A DNA stretch of 50,395 nt, taken from IMG/VR virus record IMGVR_UViG_3300030107_000806, positions 1 to 50,395 of that record. The stretch is one strand, 5' to 3'. The DNA is from a virus (taxonomy: Duplodnaviria > Caudoviricetes). The notes below the pieces were generated by a model. That model did no database searches and was not told the DNA's origin. It saw nothing but the letters and a program-made list of their open reading frames with translations. The position numbers and the translations under genes are program-made. Each line of letters opens with the position of its first letter. Position 1 is the first letter of the stretch. Of this stretch, positions 28,233 to 36,611 are shown piece by piece.

Positions 28233-28949
28233 TTATACACTTTCCAAGACAAAGCCACTATAATCTTTTATAGCTTTTCCCTTTGCCTTTAGTCCACAGA
28301 TAACATTACTATCATCTGTAAATCTTAAATCACTTTCATCTGCATTGATAACTTTATAACTCTTATAAGTATCCGGTAATTCATGCCTAAATACAGCACT
28401 TATATTTCCACCTTTACTTAATATATCAAATGCTTCTCTTATATTATCCTCATTTAAACTATATGTCAAGTGATAATTGCTAGGTAATTGTCCATTAACA
28501 TACTTAACAGCCCTCTTATAGACCTTAGTATAATCATAGAATTGTATGTGAGGAAACTCCTCAAATATTCCTGTTGTTTCCCATGCAATATCAGATGTGC
28601 CATTTAGTCGCACACATGGTATTAGTTCTTTTTTCTTAGCATAATTAATAAAGTTATTTATTTCTCTTTTTAATTGTGTCAAGAATGTGTCTCTCTCCTG
28701 TATAAACCACCTTGTTTTATTGATACGCCCTAACTGTACATTACTAAATGCACCATGACCGGCTGTATTTAAACAAGAACTTTTACAACCATTACTTGCC
28801 ATTGGACATACATTAAACCCAGACAAATCACTAGGAGCAAGGTATAAAATCGCTGTCATATACCCATATTTCTGACCCTTAATTGTCTTAGCGTTCTTGT
28901 CAATGTTTAATAACTTTTTAGATTTAATAAACTCTAATTGTTTTACCAT
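28233..28949 (-). CDS. GP88-like protein (Cys triad, radical-SAM-like)
   Basis: LYLAP...NVCPMASNGCKSSCLNTAG.G, VRLNGTSDI, QFYDYTK, NYHLTYS, D.SDLRF, GLKAKG. Confidence 0.85.
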   Translation of the reverse strand: MVKQLEFIKSKKLLNIDKNAKTIKGQKYGYMTAILYLAPSDLSGFNVCPMASNGCKSSCLNTAGHGAFSNVQLGRINKTRWFIQERDTFLTQLKREINNFINYAKKKELIPCVRLNGTSDIAWETTGIFEEFPHIQFYDYTKVYKRAVKYVNGQLPSNYHLTYSLNEDNIREAFDILSKGGNISAVFRHELPDTYKSYKVINADESDLRFTDDSNVICGLKAKGKAIKDYSGFVLESV

Positions 28950-28973
28950 ATTATTAACTCCTTGTCAAGTAAA

Positions 28974-29014
28974 ATATAGCAAGTCATAACCCATTCATAA
29001 CTTGCTATATCTTT
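28974..29014 (-). terminator. 16-bp hairpin (terminator or RNase III site)
   Basis: ATATAGCAAGT/ACTTGCTATAT perfect 11 bp plus 5 bp with G-U on -; short U run follows. Confidence 0.55.
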
Positions 29015-29021
29015 TTATATA

Positions 29022-29276
29022 TTATATCTTATTGTTGTATAAGTCAAGCGAATAATCGTTTATTCTTATACCACTTCGTCTATAATAGTTAGGATAGTAC
29101 CAAGTTTTTAAACCCTTACTAACTCTTATAAAACCCTCATTAGATTTACCACCACTTGTAATGTCTATTGAGTACCCATTATTCTTTTCTAAATTTTCTC
29201 TATATCTTGTAGGTTTAATTCCTTTTAATTGAAAATCTACAAAATGATAGAAATATACTTTAATAAAATTCCACAT
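29022..29276 (-). CDS. Hypothetical early protein
   Basis: 84-aa ORF, AAGGAG RBS, own promoter. Confidence 0.7.
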   Translation of the reverse strand: MWNFIKVYFYHFVDFQLKGIKPTRYRENLEKNNGYSIDITSGGKSNEGFIRVSKGLKTWYYPNYYRRSGIRINDYSLDLYNNKI

Positions 29277-29296
29277 AATTTTACTCCTTTTATTAT

Positions 29297-29325
29297 GTTA
29301 TATCATATTCCTAACACCATGTCAA
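29297..29325 (-). promoter_or_regulatory. sigma70 early promoter
   Basis: TTGACA-17-TATAAC with extended TG. Confidence 0.7.
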
Positions 29326-29328
29326 GAA

Positions 29329-29556
29329 TTATAATCTCGTAAATAGTTTTAAATGTGCATTGTTTGTTTGTTCAGCATATAATTTTATTGTTTTTCTTAT
29401 CTCTTTATTAAGATATTTTACTATGTCAATATCTTTTTTAGGATATATAATACATATATCTCTACCGGTTAATTTACACCAATAATCCAAACACTTTTCT
29501 TGCTCTTTTATATCGTAAAATTCAACTAATCTTTTTTCAAATTCTTTTTTATTCAT
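29329..29556 (-). CDS. Hypothetical early protein
   Basis: 75-aa ORF, AAGGA RBS. Confidence 0.65.
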   Translation of the reverse strand: MNKKEFEKRLVEFYDIKEQEKCLDYWCKLTGRDICIIYPKKDIDIVKYLNKEIRKTIKLYAEQTNNAHLKLFTRL

Positions 29557-29573
29557 ATTATTTTATCCTTTAT

Positions 29574-29759
29574 TTAAAGTTTTTTTAAACCAAATTCTAT
29601 TCTTGGATTATCACTATAAATCATAGATGTATCTATTTCACCTATCCATTTAATAGGAATATCCTTATTACTGTCATAATTATTATTTACTAACATAAAT
29701 AAACATTCTAAATTTTCGTCATAATTTTTTAAATCTTTTATTAATTTTTTAATTTTCAT
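29574..29759 (-). CDS. Hypothetical early protein
   Basis: 61-aa ORF, AGGAG RBS, MKIKKLI..L..YD start typical of small phage proteins. Confidence 0.7.
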   Translation of the reverse strand: MKIKKLIKDLKNYDENLECLFMLVNNNYDSNKDIPIKWIGEIDTSMIYSDNPRIEFGLKKL

Positions 29760-29977
29760 ATTATTTTAACTCCTACTATTTTATACTCTATTTTCTTAAA
29801 ATTGTCAAGTATTTTTACATAACTAATTTTATGTAATTTCTTGGCGGTCTTATTAAATCTTGCTATCCAATTTCTAGCGTCATACTCATTATTAAATCTT
29901 TTAATATAAGTATTTGATTTGTCTATATATTCTACTTTGTTTTTAGGTTCAGTCCATAATTCATAATCATAATTCAT
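29756..29977 (-). CDS. Hypothetical early protein
   Basis: 73-aa ORF, GGAG RBS. Confidence 0.65.
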   Translation of the reverse strand: MNYDYELWTEPKNKVEYIDKSNTYIKRFNNEYDARNWIARFNKTAKKLHKISYVKILDNFKKIEYKIVGVKII

Positions 29978-30003
29978 AATTTTACTCCATTTATTATAAT
30001 TCC

Positions 30004-30032
30004 TTTATAACATAACTTATTTACATTGTCAA
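30004..30032 (-). promoter_or_regulatory. sigma70 early promoter
   Basis: TTGACA-17-TATAAA with extended TG. Confidence 0.7.
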
Positions 30033-30049
30033 GAATTATTTTTAATTAT

Positions 30050-30268
30050 TTATGCATACATAGTTTTTTTAGTTTTTCCACCTCTAAAAGAAAATCCATT
30101 ATACGCACTTGAAATTCCATAAGAGCTATTTAGCTGTAATTTTGTCAAGTTTTCAAATTCTTTTAGTAATTTGCTTTTTGGTTTAAATATAACTTTTTTA
30201 TATGGTATTGTTGCTTTTATATAAGTTATTTTAAAATCTTTATGTTTTACAGTTCTATTATATTTCAT
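30050..30268 (-). CDS. Hypothetical basic early protein
   Basis: 72-aa ORF, AAGGA RBS. Confidence 0.65.
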   Translation of the reverse strand: MKYNRTVKHKDFKITYIKATIPYKKVIFKPKSKLLKEFENLTKLQLNSSYGISSAYNGFSFRGGKTKKTMYA

Positions 30269-30290
30269 AATTTAATTCCTTTTTATATAA

Positions 30291-30323
30291 ACCCTTTATA
30301 CCATATTATATAAAGGGTGTCAA
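30291..30323 (-). promoter_or_regulatory. sigma70 early promoter overlapped by a 10-bp inverted repeat
   Basis: TTGACA-17-TATAAA; ACCCTTTATA (30291-30300) / TATAAAGGGT (30309-30318). Confidence 0.75.
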
Positions 30324-30334
30324 GTTTTTTTTAT

Positions 30335-30526
30335 TTATATTGCTCTTTTTTTATCGTGGGTATTTCTAACATATTGTCTAAATTTAAATTCATCAAATCT
30401 TGAATTGTCATTTATAAATATATCAATTAATCCATTTAATAAGTTATTTGGTGTAAATTGCTCATTATCATTTTTTTCTAATTTTATTAATAAATCAGCA
30501 AATTTAATATAATCTTTTTTAGTCAT
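30335..30526 (-). CDS. First early gene, small phage protein
   Basis: MTKKDYIKFA...F..DN.RFD..KF family pattern; AAGGA RBS. Confidence 0.75.
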   Translation of the reverse strand: MTKKDYIKFADLLIKLEKNDNEQFTPNNLLNGLIDIFINDNSRFDEFKFRQYVRNTHDKKRAI

Positions 30527-30554
30527 AATATTTTTTCCTTTTGTTTATAAGCCC

Positions 30555-30590
30555 ATTATACCACAGATTTTATTTGAATTATGTTCAAAT
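30555..30590 (-). promoter_or_regulatory. Extended -10 promoter with upstream palindrome
   Basis: TGgTATAAT without a consensus -35; ATTTGAA-N5-TTCAAAT occupies the -35 position. Confidence 0.55.
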
Positions 30591-30703
30591 TGTGATTTAT
30601 TTGAAAATAATTTTAAATATAAATAAATTTAAATAATTAATTAAATTTTGTTAGATATAGCAAGGAATTTTTAAACTGTCAGATTGTGTAAGATATATTT
30701 ATT

Positions 30704-30793
30704 AATCTTTACAAATCTTTACAAGCTGTCAACTAGAATTATGTAAATCTGTAAAGTCTGTAAAGTTCTGTAAAGTTTGTAATATTCTGTAAT
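30704..30793. repeat. Array of short TGTAA(AG) repeats
   Basis: Two inverted copies (AATCTTTACA x2), then six direct copies at 30742, 30750, 30759, 30769, 30778, 30788. Confidence 0.75.
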
Positions 30794-30917
30794 GTTATAA
30801 TATAACATATTAAGGGCTGGGCAGGTGGCATGGCGGGTGGGATGGCGTTATATATCTTACTCATACAAAATTAGCCAATTAGAGTGTCAACCAGATAGGT
30901 CGGGGGTAAATAGAAAT

Positions 30918-30949
30918 AAAAAAAGCCCTGTCGGATTATGACAGAGCTT
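30918..30949 (-). terminator. Rho-independent terminator
   Basis: - strand AAGCUCUGUC-loop-GACAGGGC followed by a U7 run. Confidence 0.8.
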
Positions 30950-31033
30950 GTAAAAACTATATAGTAATAAAATAAATATAAATAAATCTATACCTGTGTA
31001 TTAGGTGTTAGAACCCCCGGAGGGTATACTTAT

Positions 31034-31061
31034 ATTATACACCTCTATGCAGATTTGTCAA
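31034..31061 (-). promoter_or_regulatory. Leftward sigma70 promoter (divergent pair)
   Basis: TTGACA-16-TATAAT with AGGTG before the -10. Confidence 0.75.
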
Positions 31062-31074
31062 TAGAAAAAACTAC

Positions 31075-31103
31075 TTGACAAAAGTGTCAACTAGGTGTAT
31101 AAT
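31075..31103 (+). promoter_or_regulatory. Promoter of the packaging/morphogenesis operon
   Basis: TTGACA-17-TATAAT with AGGTG before the -10. Confidence 0.85.
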
Positions 31104-31121
31104 AGTATTAGGGAGGAAAAA

Positions 31122-31211
31122 ATGAAAACTATCTTTAAAAAACTAAAAAAACTATTGAAACATTATTTTAAATATAAACCAGAGAAAAAATATCTCAGAG
31201 GTAAGGATTAA
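31122..31211 (+). CDS. 29-aa basic peptide (not in ORF track)
   Basis: GGAGG RBS; MKTIFKKLKKLLKHYFKYKPEKKYLRGKD. Confidence 0.7.
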   Translation: MKTIFKKLKKLLKHYFKYKPEKKYLRGKD

Positions 31212-31213
31212 CT

Positions 31214-31645
31214 ATGAGTTTTTTAAAGACAGTAGAACCAAATCAAAATAGAAAACTTACAGCAAAACAAGAAAAGTTTTTAGATACCCTAGGCGGTGAA
31301 GCAAAGGGCGACTTAAAAGAAGCTCTTAGACTTGCTGGATATGAGGAAACAAGCTACTATGCGGTTGTTAAAGCCCTAAAAGAACAGATAGTGGATGTTG
31401 CCAATACAATACTAGCACACTCTGCTCCCAAGGCGGCACAGAGTTTAGTAGAAGTATTGGAGAGTGATAGACCAATTCCTCAAGCTAATGTTAAATTACA
31501 AGCAGCTCAAACTTTATTAGATAGGGTTGGTGTTTCAAAGAAAGAACATTTGAATGTAAATCATAATGTAACTGGCGGAATCTTTCTATTGCCTGATAAA
31601 AAAGAAGTTGTAATAGAAGGAGAGTATACGGATGACGACAATTAA
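31214..31645 (+). CDS. terS: Terminase small subunit
   Basis: LTAKQEKFL...ALRLAGY HTH, AAQTLLDRVG, GGIFLLP.K; upstream of terL. Confidence 0.8.
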   Translation: MSFLKTVEPNQNRKLTAKQEKFLDTLGGEAKGDLKEALRLAGYEETSYYAVVKALKEQIVDVANTILAHSAPKAAQSLVEVLESDRPIPQANVKLQAAQTLLDRVGVSKKEHLNVNHNVTGGIFLLPDKKEVVIEGEYTDDDN

Positions 31646-31877
31646 TATATGGTTTATGTTGGTATTAATATCAATGCCCAACGCACCATCAGTTAAATAT
31701 AATGGATTTATATATCCAAACCAAGAAGAATGTCAAACAGCAAGATATGAATTACTAGAAGTATATGATAGTAAACCACAAGATTACAGGGATGCAGTTA
31801 TAATGGATGCATACTGTGTTGAATTTGAAAGCTTTAAAATTCCCGGAATGAGAGGAATAGATGACATTAAAGCGTAA
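31632..31877 (+). CDS. Hypothetical protein with hydrophobic N-terminus and two Cys
   Basis: 81-aa ORF, GGAG RBS. Confidence 0.65.
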   Translation: MTTINIWFMLVLISMPNAPSVKYNGFIYPNQEECQTARYELLEVYDSKPQDYRDAVIMDAYCVEFESFKIPGMRGIDDIKA

Positions 31878-32124
31878 AACAAGTTCAACAATTCCTTTTG
31901 GCTACAGGGAGTCAGATGTGGAAGGTTTCCTAGAACCCATCGAGAATGAAATACAAGCTCTATCGGAAACAAAGGAACACATTATGAATGGCTCTCTGTC
32001 GCTAAGAGGAGCAGCAGAACAATTAGAATATGATACAGGTAGAAAAATATCAGCAGAAGGACTGCGTAAACTTGTTAACAAAGATAAAAATAAAATAAAA
32101 GGTTTACTAGACAGACAGGAATAA
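31861..32124 (+). CDS. Small DNA-binding protein (PFGY + HTH, recombinase-domain-like)
   Basis: STIPFGY, SLRGAAEQL...TGRKIS..GLRK. Confidence 0.7.
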   Translation: MTLKRKTSSTIPFGYRESDVEGFLEPIENEIQALSETKEHIMNGSLSLRGAAEQLEYDTGRKISAEGLRKLVNKDKNKIKGLLDRQE

Positions 32125-32126
32125 GT

Positions 32127-33746
32127 ATGGCGGGAAGACCAAAAGGAACTACTGGTATACCTAGGCGTTCAAGTGTAGCTACAAAAGCAAAGATACAAGC
32201 ACGAAAAGAATTAGCTGATAAAGAACGAGAGATTAGAAAGCTTGAGAATAAACTTTCAAGAATTAAAGGTAGCTATAAAGGTAAAAAAGAAGTTTTAGAG
32301 AAAGTTGAATTAGCTGTTGACCCAGTAAAAGTAGATAAGACAACAAAGAATACAGTTATAACTGAGGAAGAATTTGATAAAGCTCCGAAGAAAGTAAGAG
32401 ACTTTATAAAAGAAAACAAAGAGTCTATTGTTTTTAAACCAAACGAAGGACCTCAAACAGATTTCTTAGCAGCTTCAGAACAAGATGTTCTCTATGGAGG
32501 TGCAGCAGGAGGTGGTAAATCATATGCCATGCTTGTTGACCCACTTAGATTTATGCATAGACCTAGCCATAGGGCGTTGCTTCTTAGAAGAAGTATGCCA
32601 GAGTTAAGGGAACTTATAGATAAATCAAGAGAATTATATACTAAAGCATTTCCCGGAGCTAAGTTTAGAGAAGTAGAAAAAGTTTGGAAGTTTCCTTCTG
32701 GAGCTACATTAGAGTTTGGTTATCTTGATAGAGACGCAGATGTCTATAGATACCAAGGTCAAGCTTACAGTTGGATAGGTATTGATGAATTAACTCAATA
32801 CCCTACAGAGTTTCCACTCCAATATTTGCAATCACGATTAAGAACAACCGATTCAGAAATAAAGACTTATATTAGGTGTACTGCAAACCCGGGTGGAGTC
32901 GGTGGACATTGGGTAAAGAAACGATACCTTGACGCTAGTCCTCCTAATACTTCCTTTGAAGGTAAAGATGGATTAACAAGAAAGTTTATTCCAGCACGAT
33001 TAGATGATAACCCTTATCTATCAGAAGATGGTAGATATGAAGCAATGTTAGCATCGCTACCTCCAACACAAAGAAAACAATTACTTGAAGGTAACTGGGA
33101 TGTTTCAGAAGGTGCAGCATTTACAGAATTTGATGCAGAGATTCATGTTATACCACCTTTTAAAATTCCACTTCATTGGATGAGAGTAAAAGGTGTTGAC
33201 TATGGTTATGCAGCAGAATCAGCTTGTGTTTGGGCAACAATAGACCCAGATGATGAAACTTTAATTATATATAAAGAATTATATAAAAAAGGTTTGACAG
33301 GTGAAGACTTATCTAATATGATGATTGAATACGAAAAAGAAGAACGAAGAAGTATTCAAGGTGTACTAGACTATGCAGCATGGAATAGAACAGGAGCTGG
33401 AGGACCAACAGTAGGTGAAACTTTAGTTCGAGCAGGACATAAGCTTCGACCAGCAGATAAAAATAGAATACAAGGTAAGATACAAGTTCACGAAAGATTA
33501 AAACAAAACAAGACAACAGGTAGACCAAGACTACAAATATTTAGCACTTGCGTAAATCTTATTAGAGAATTACAAAGTATACCTATTGACCCTAATAAAC
33601 CAGAAGATGTAGATACAAAAGCGTCAGACCACGCATATGATGCACTTCGTTATCTAATTATGTCAAGACCACAAACTCCTTCGGCATATACAGAAATGAG
33701 AGATATAAAACGATTTGCACCTTCAGACCCTACATTTGGATATTAA
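32127..33746 (+). CDS. terL: Terminase large subunit
   Basis: YGGAAGGGKS Walker A, IGIDEL Walker B, TANPGG, DNPYL, GVDYGY, DHAYDALRY. Confidence 0.96.
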   Translation: MAGRPKGTTGIPRRSSVATKAKIQARKELADKEREIRKLENKLSRIKGSYKGKKEVLEKVELAVDPVKVDKTTKNTVITEEEFDKAPKKVRDFIKENKESIVFKPNEGPQTDFLAASEQDVLYGGAAGGGKSYAMLVDPLRFMHRPSHRALLLRRSMPELRELIDKSRELYTKAFPGAKFREVEKVWKFPSGATLEFGYLDRDADVYRYQGQAYSWIGIDELTQYPTEFPLQYLQSRLRTTDSEIKTYIRCTANPGGVGGHWVKKRYLDASPPNTSFEGKDGLTRKFIPARLDDNPYLSEDGRYEAMLASLPPTQRKQLLEGNWDVSEGAAFTEFDAEIHVIPPFKIPLHWMRVKGVDYGYAAESACVWATIDPDDETLIIYKELYKKGLTGEDLSNMMIEYEKEERRSIQGVLDYAAWNRTGAGGPTVGETLVRAGHKLRPADKNRIQGKIQVHERLKQNKTTGRPRLQIFSTCVNLIRELQSIPIDPNKPEDVDTKASDHAYDALRYLIMSRPQTPSAYTEMRDIKRFAPSDPTFGY

Positions 33747-33749
33747 AGA

Positions 33750-34019
33750 ATGCCAGTATATAGTTTTAGAAATACAAAAACAAATGAAGTATATGATTTA
33801 ATATTATCTTATGAAGAAATGTTAAAACATAAAAAGAAACGAAATGTAGAATATATTTTATCTGCACCAAAGATATTTCGTTTAAATGATATGGGCGGAC
33901 CAGAAAGTCAATTTAGAGAATGGGTAAAACAAGACCCAGATGATGTTGATATAAGTAAATCCCATAATTTTAGACAATCAAAGAAGGAGTATCTGTATGG
34001 TGACAAAGAAGATAAATAA
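33750..34019 (+). CDS. FmdB-like small protein lacking the Zn cysteines
   Basis: MPVYSFRNTKTNEV start resembles MPxYxYxC ribbons. Confidence 0.6.
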   Translation: MPVYSFRNTKTNEVYDLILSYEEMLKHKKKRNVEYILSAPKIFRLNDMGGPESQFREWVKQDPDDVDISKSHNFRQSKKEYLYGDKEDK

Positions 34020-34368
34020 TAAAGTAATTAAAATAGGATATACAGATGTTACAATAGATGTAACTTCTCCTAATTTTAAAAAAGATAATTTAACTGACTG
34101 TTATGGGCAGTATTTACAAAGAGAAAATAAGATTGAGATACAACCTAATCTTACAAATATAGAAGAAGCTAATACTTTACTCCATGAAATACTTCATGCA
34201 ATAGCTTATACTTCGGGAGAAACCCTAGAAGGTGGGAGATTAAATGGAGATACAAACGAAGAAAGTGTAGTAAATAATTTTGCAAATTACTTGACACAGG
34301 TATTCCGAGATAATAAATGGATTTTACCATATTTTATTGAGAAATTACTTGACAAACCTCATAAGTAG
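33997..34368 (+). CDS. HExxH metallopeptidase-like protein
   Basis: NTLLHEILHAI with a downstream EE third ligand. Confidence 0.75.
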   Translation: MVTKKINNKVIKIGYTDVTIDVTSPNFKKDNLTDCYGQYLQRENKIEIQPNLTNIEEANTLLHEILHAIAYTSGETLEGGRLNGDTNEESVVNNFANYLTQVFRDNKWILPYFIEKLLDKPHK

Positions 34369-34377
34369 GTGTATAAT
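34349..34377 (+). promoter_or_regulatory. Promoter upstream of portal
   Basis: TTGACA-17-TATAAT with AGGTG before the -10. Confidence 0.85.
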
Positions 34378-34391
34378 ATAAATAAGGGGAA

Positions 34392-36611
34392 ATGATGGCA
34401 GAACAAGAACAACCACAAAAAGATGACGAACAAAAGCAAGACGACACTCGTCTAGCTGGTTTTGTCTATAATAAATTTGAAGGATGTGAAAGGTCTCGTA
34501 GAAATGACGAGGAACGATGGCTACAGGCGTTTCATAACTATAGAGGAAAATACTATAAGAATGTTAATTTTAGAGAACATGAAAAGTCAAAAGTTTTTGT
34601 AAAGGTTACAAAGACTAAAGTATTAGCAGCGTATGGACAGATTATTGATGTTCTATTCTCTGCAAATAAGTTTCCCATCTCAGTTGAAGAAACTAAAGTA
34701 CCCGAAGGTGTAGCAACATACGCACACCTCAATCCCCTAAAGGAGCAAATGGGTGACAATCTTCAAGAGTCATCCCCATCTATAGAAGGTAATTTAAACT
34801 ATAGACCCGGTAATGGTCTTTCCTCGACCCCCTTCTCAGAACAACCGGAACAGTCTCCACTTGGTTTTGAAGGAGATGGGAAATCTCTTAAACCGGGAAC
34901 AACATTTAATGATTTAACTGGTAAGAAAGATATACTTGGTTCATTAGATAAAGAACTAGGTGATGATGCAATTCAAGAAGGTCCAGCACCAATGCCGGAT
35001 ATGGCACAGATTAAACCTGCTTCAAAGATTGCAAGACGCATGGAAAAATTAATCCATGATGAAATAGATGAATCAAATGGTTCACAAGAATTAAGAAGTT
35101 CTGTTTTTGAATCAGTTCTTCTTGGTACAGGTATTATTAAAGGTCCTTTTACTTTTAATAAAACTTTACACAAATGGAATAAAGAAGAAGGAAGTGACGA
35201 AAGAAATTATAGTCCAGAAACAACAAGAGTTCCTAGAATTGAATTTGTAAGTTGTTGGGATTTTTACCCAGACCCAAATTCTAAAAGTTTAGATGATGCT
35301 GAATATGTAATTCATAGACATAAATTAAATAGAAACCAATTACGAGATTTAGCTGACAGACCATTTTTTAATAAAGAAGAAATTCTTGAAACATTAAACG
35401 ATGGTCCTAACTATAAGAAAAGAACTTTTGAATCTCAAATAGAATTAGAAGATAGTGACTATCAAGCAGACAATGCTCGTTATGAAGTATTAGAATACTG
35501 GGGTATTGTTGATAGAAAAATTTTAGAAGACTCACAATTAAAAATTCCAGAAGGAATGGAAGAAGAAAGTGAGTTTCAAATTAATGCATGGGTAACTGCG
35601 GATAGAGTTCTTAGAATGGTAATGAATCCATTTAAACCTTATCGTTTACCTTATCAAGCATTCCCTTACGAAAAAAATCCATATAGTTTCTTTGGTATTG
35701 GTGTACCAGAAAATATGGATGACGCACAACAAATTATGAATGGTCATGCAAGAATGGCTATTGATAACTTAGCTTTATCTGGTTCACTTGTATTTGATGT
35801 TGACGAGTCAGCATTAGTTGCAGGACAAAGCATGGACATATATCCGGGAAAAATATTTAGGCGACAAGCTGGAATGCCCGGACAAGCTATACACGGATTA
35901 AAGTTTCCAAACACATCAACAGAAAACATGATGATGTTTGATAAGTTTAGACAGTTGGCAGATGAGTCAACAGGTATACCATCATACTCACATGGACAGA
36001 CAGGTGTTCAAAGTATGACACGAACAGCTTCTGGTATGTCAATGTTACTTAGTGCTGCTAATTTAAATATTAAAACTGTTATAAAGAATTTAGATGATTT
36101 CTTGTTGAGACCTCTAGGCGAAGCATACTTCCAATGGAATATGCAGTTTTATCAAGGTGATTTAAATATTGAAGGTGACTTAGAAGTTAAAGCAACTGGA
36201 ACTTCTTCTCTCATGCAGAAAGAAGTAAGGTCGCAAAGACTAACTATGTTCTTGCAGAGTGTACAAAACCCTGCTATAGCCCCATTTGTTAAAATACCAG
36301 AACTAATAAAAGAACTTGCTTATACATTAGACCTTGACCCAGAAGCAATAATCAATGACCCTAATGAAGCAGAAATTTACGCAAAGATAATAGGATTACA
36401 AAATGCTAGACAACAAGGACCTACAGAAACTACAGACCTTGGTGGTGAAGCCGGAATGGCAGGACCTCAAGGAGTACCTAATCAAACTCCAGCAGTTGAC
36501 GGCTCGGGAGTTGGCGATGGCACAATCGGAACAGGAGGTGTTCCGCAAACAGGGGAAATGGAATTTACTGGAGCAGTTAATCCATCTGCCGGAAACAATC
36601 AAGTCATATAG
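34392..36611 (+). CDS. Portal protein
   Basis: 739 aa between terL and capsid; LGTGIIK, WDFYPDP, PYSFFGIG, RTASGMSML motifs of podophage portals. Confidence 0.9.
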   Translation: MMAEQEQPQKDDEQKQDDTRLAGFVYNKFEGCERSRRNDEERWLQAFHNYRGKYYKNVNFREHEKSKVFVKVTKTKVLAAYGQIIDVLFSANKFPISVEETKVPEGVATYAHLNPLKEQMGDNLQESSPSIEGNLNYRPGNGLSSTPFSEQPEQSPLGFEGDGKSLKPGTTFNDLTGKKDILGSLDKELGDDAIQEGPAPMPDMAQIKPASKIARRMEKLIHDEIDESNGSQELRSSVFESVLLGTGIIKGPFTFNKTLHKWNKEEGSDERNYSPETTRVPRIEFVSCWDFYPDPNSKSLDDAEYVIHRHKLNRNQLRDLADRPFFNKEEILETLNDGPNYKKRTFESQIELEDSDYQADNARYEVLEYWGIVDRKILEDSQLKIPEGMEEESEFQINAWVTADRVLRMVMNPFKPYRLPYQAFPYEKNPYSFFGIGVPENMDDAQQIMNGHARMAIDNLALSGSLVFDVDESALVAGQSMDIYPGKIFRRQAGMPGQAIHGLKFPNTSTENMMMFDKFRQLADESTGIPSYSHGQTGVQSMTRTASGMSMLLSAANLNIKTVIKNLDDFLLRPLGEAYFQWNMQFYQGDLNIEGDLEVKATGTSSLMQKEVRSQRLTMFLQSVQNPAIAPFVKIPELIKELAYTLDLDPEAIINDPNEAEIYAKIIGLQNARQQGPTETTDLGGEAGMAGPQGVPNQTPAVDGSGVGDGTIGTGGVPQTGEMEFTGAVNPSAGNNQVI

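Noticed and set aside
31861-32124. Integrase/serine recombinase implying lysogeny
   Set aside because: Only 87 aa with a PFGY/HTH segment and no catalytic domain.
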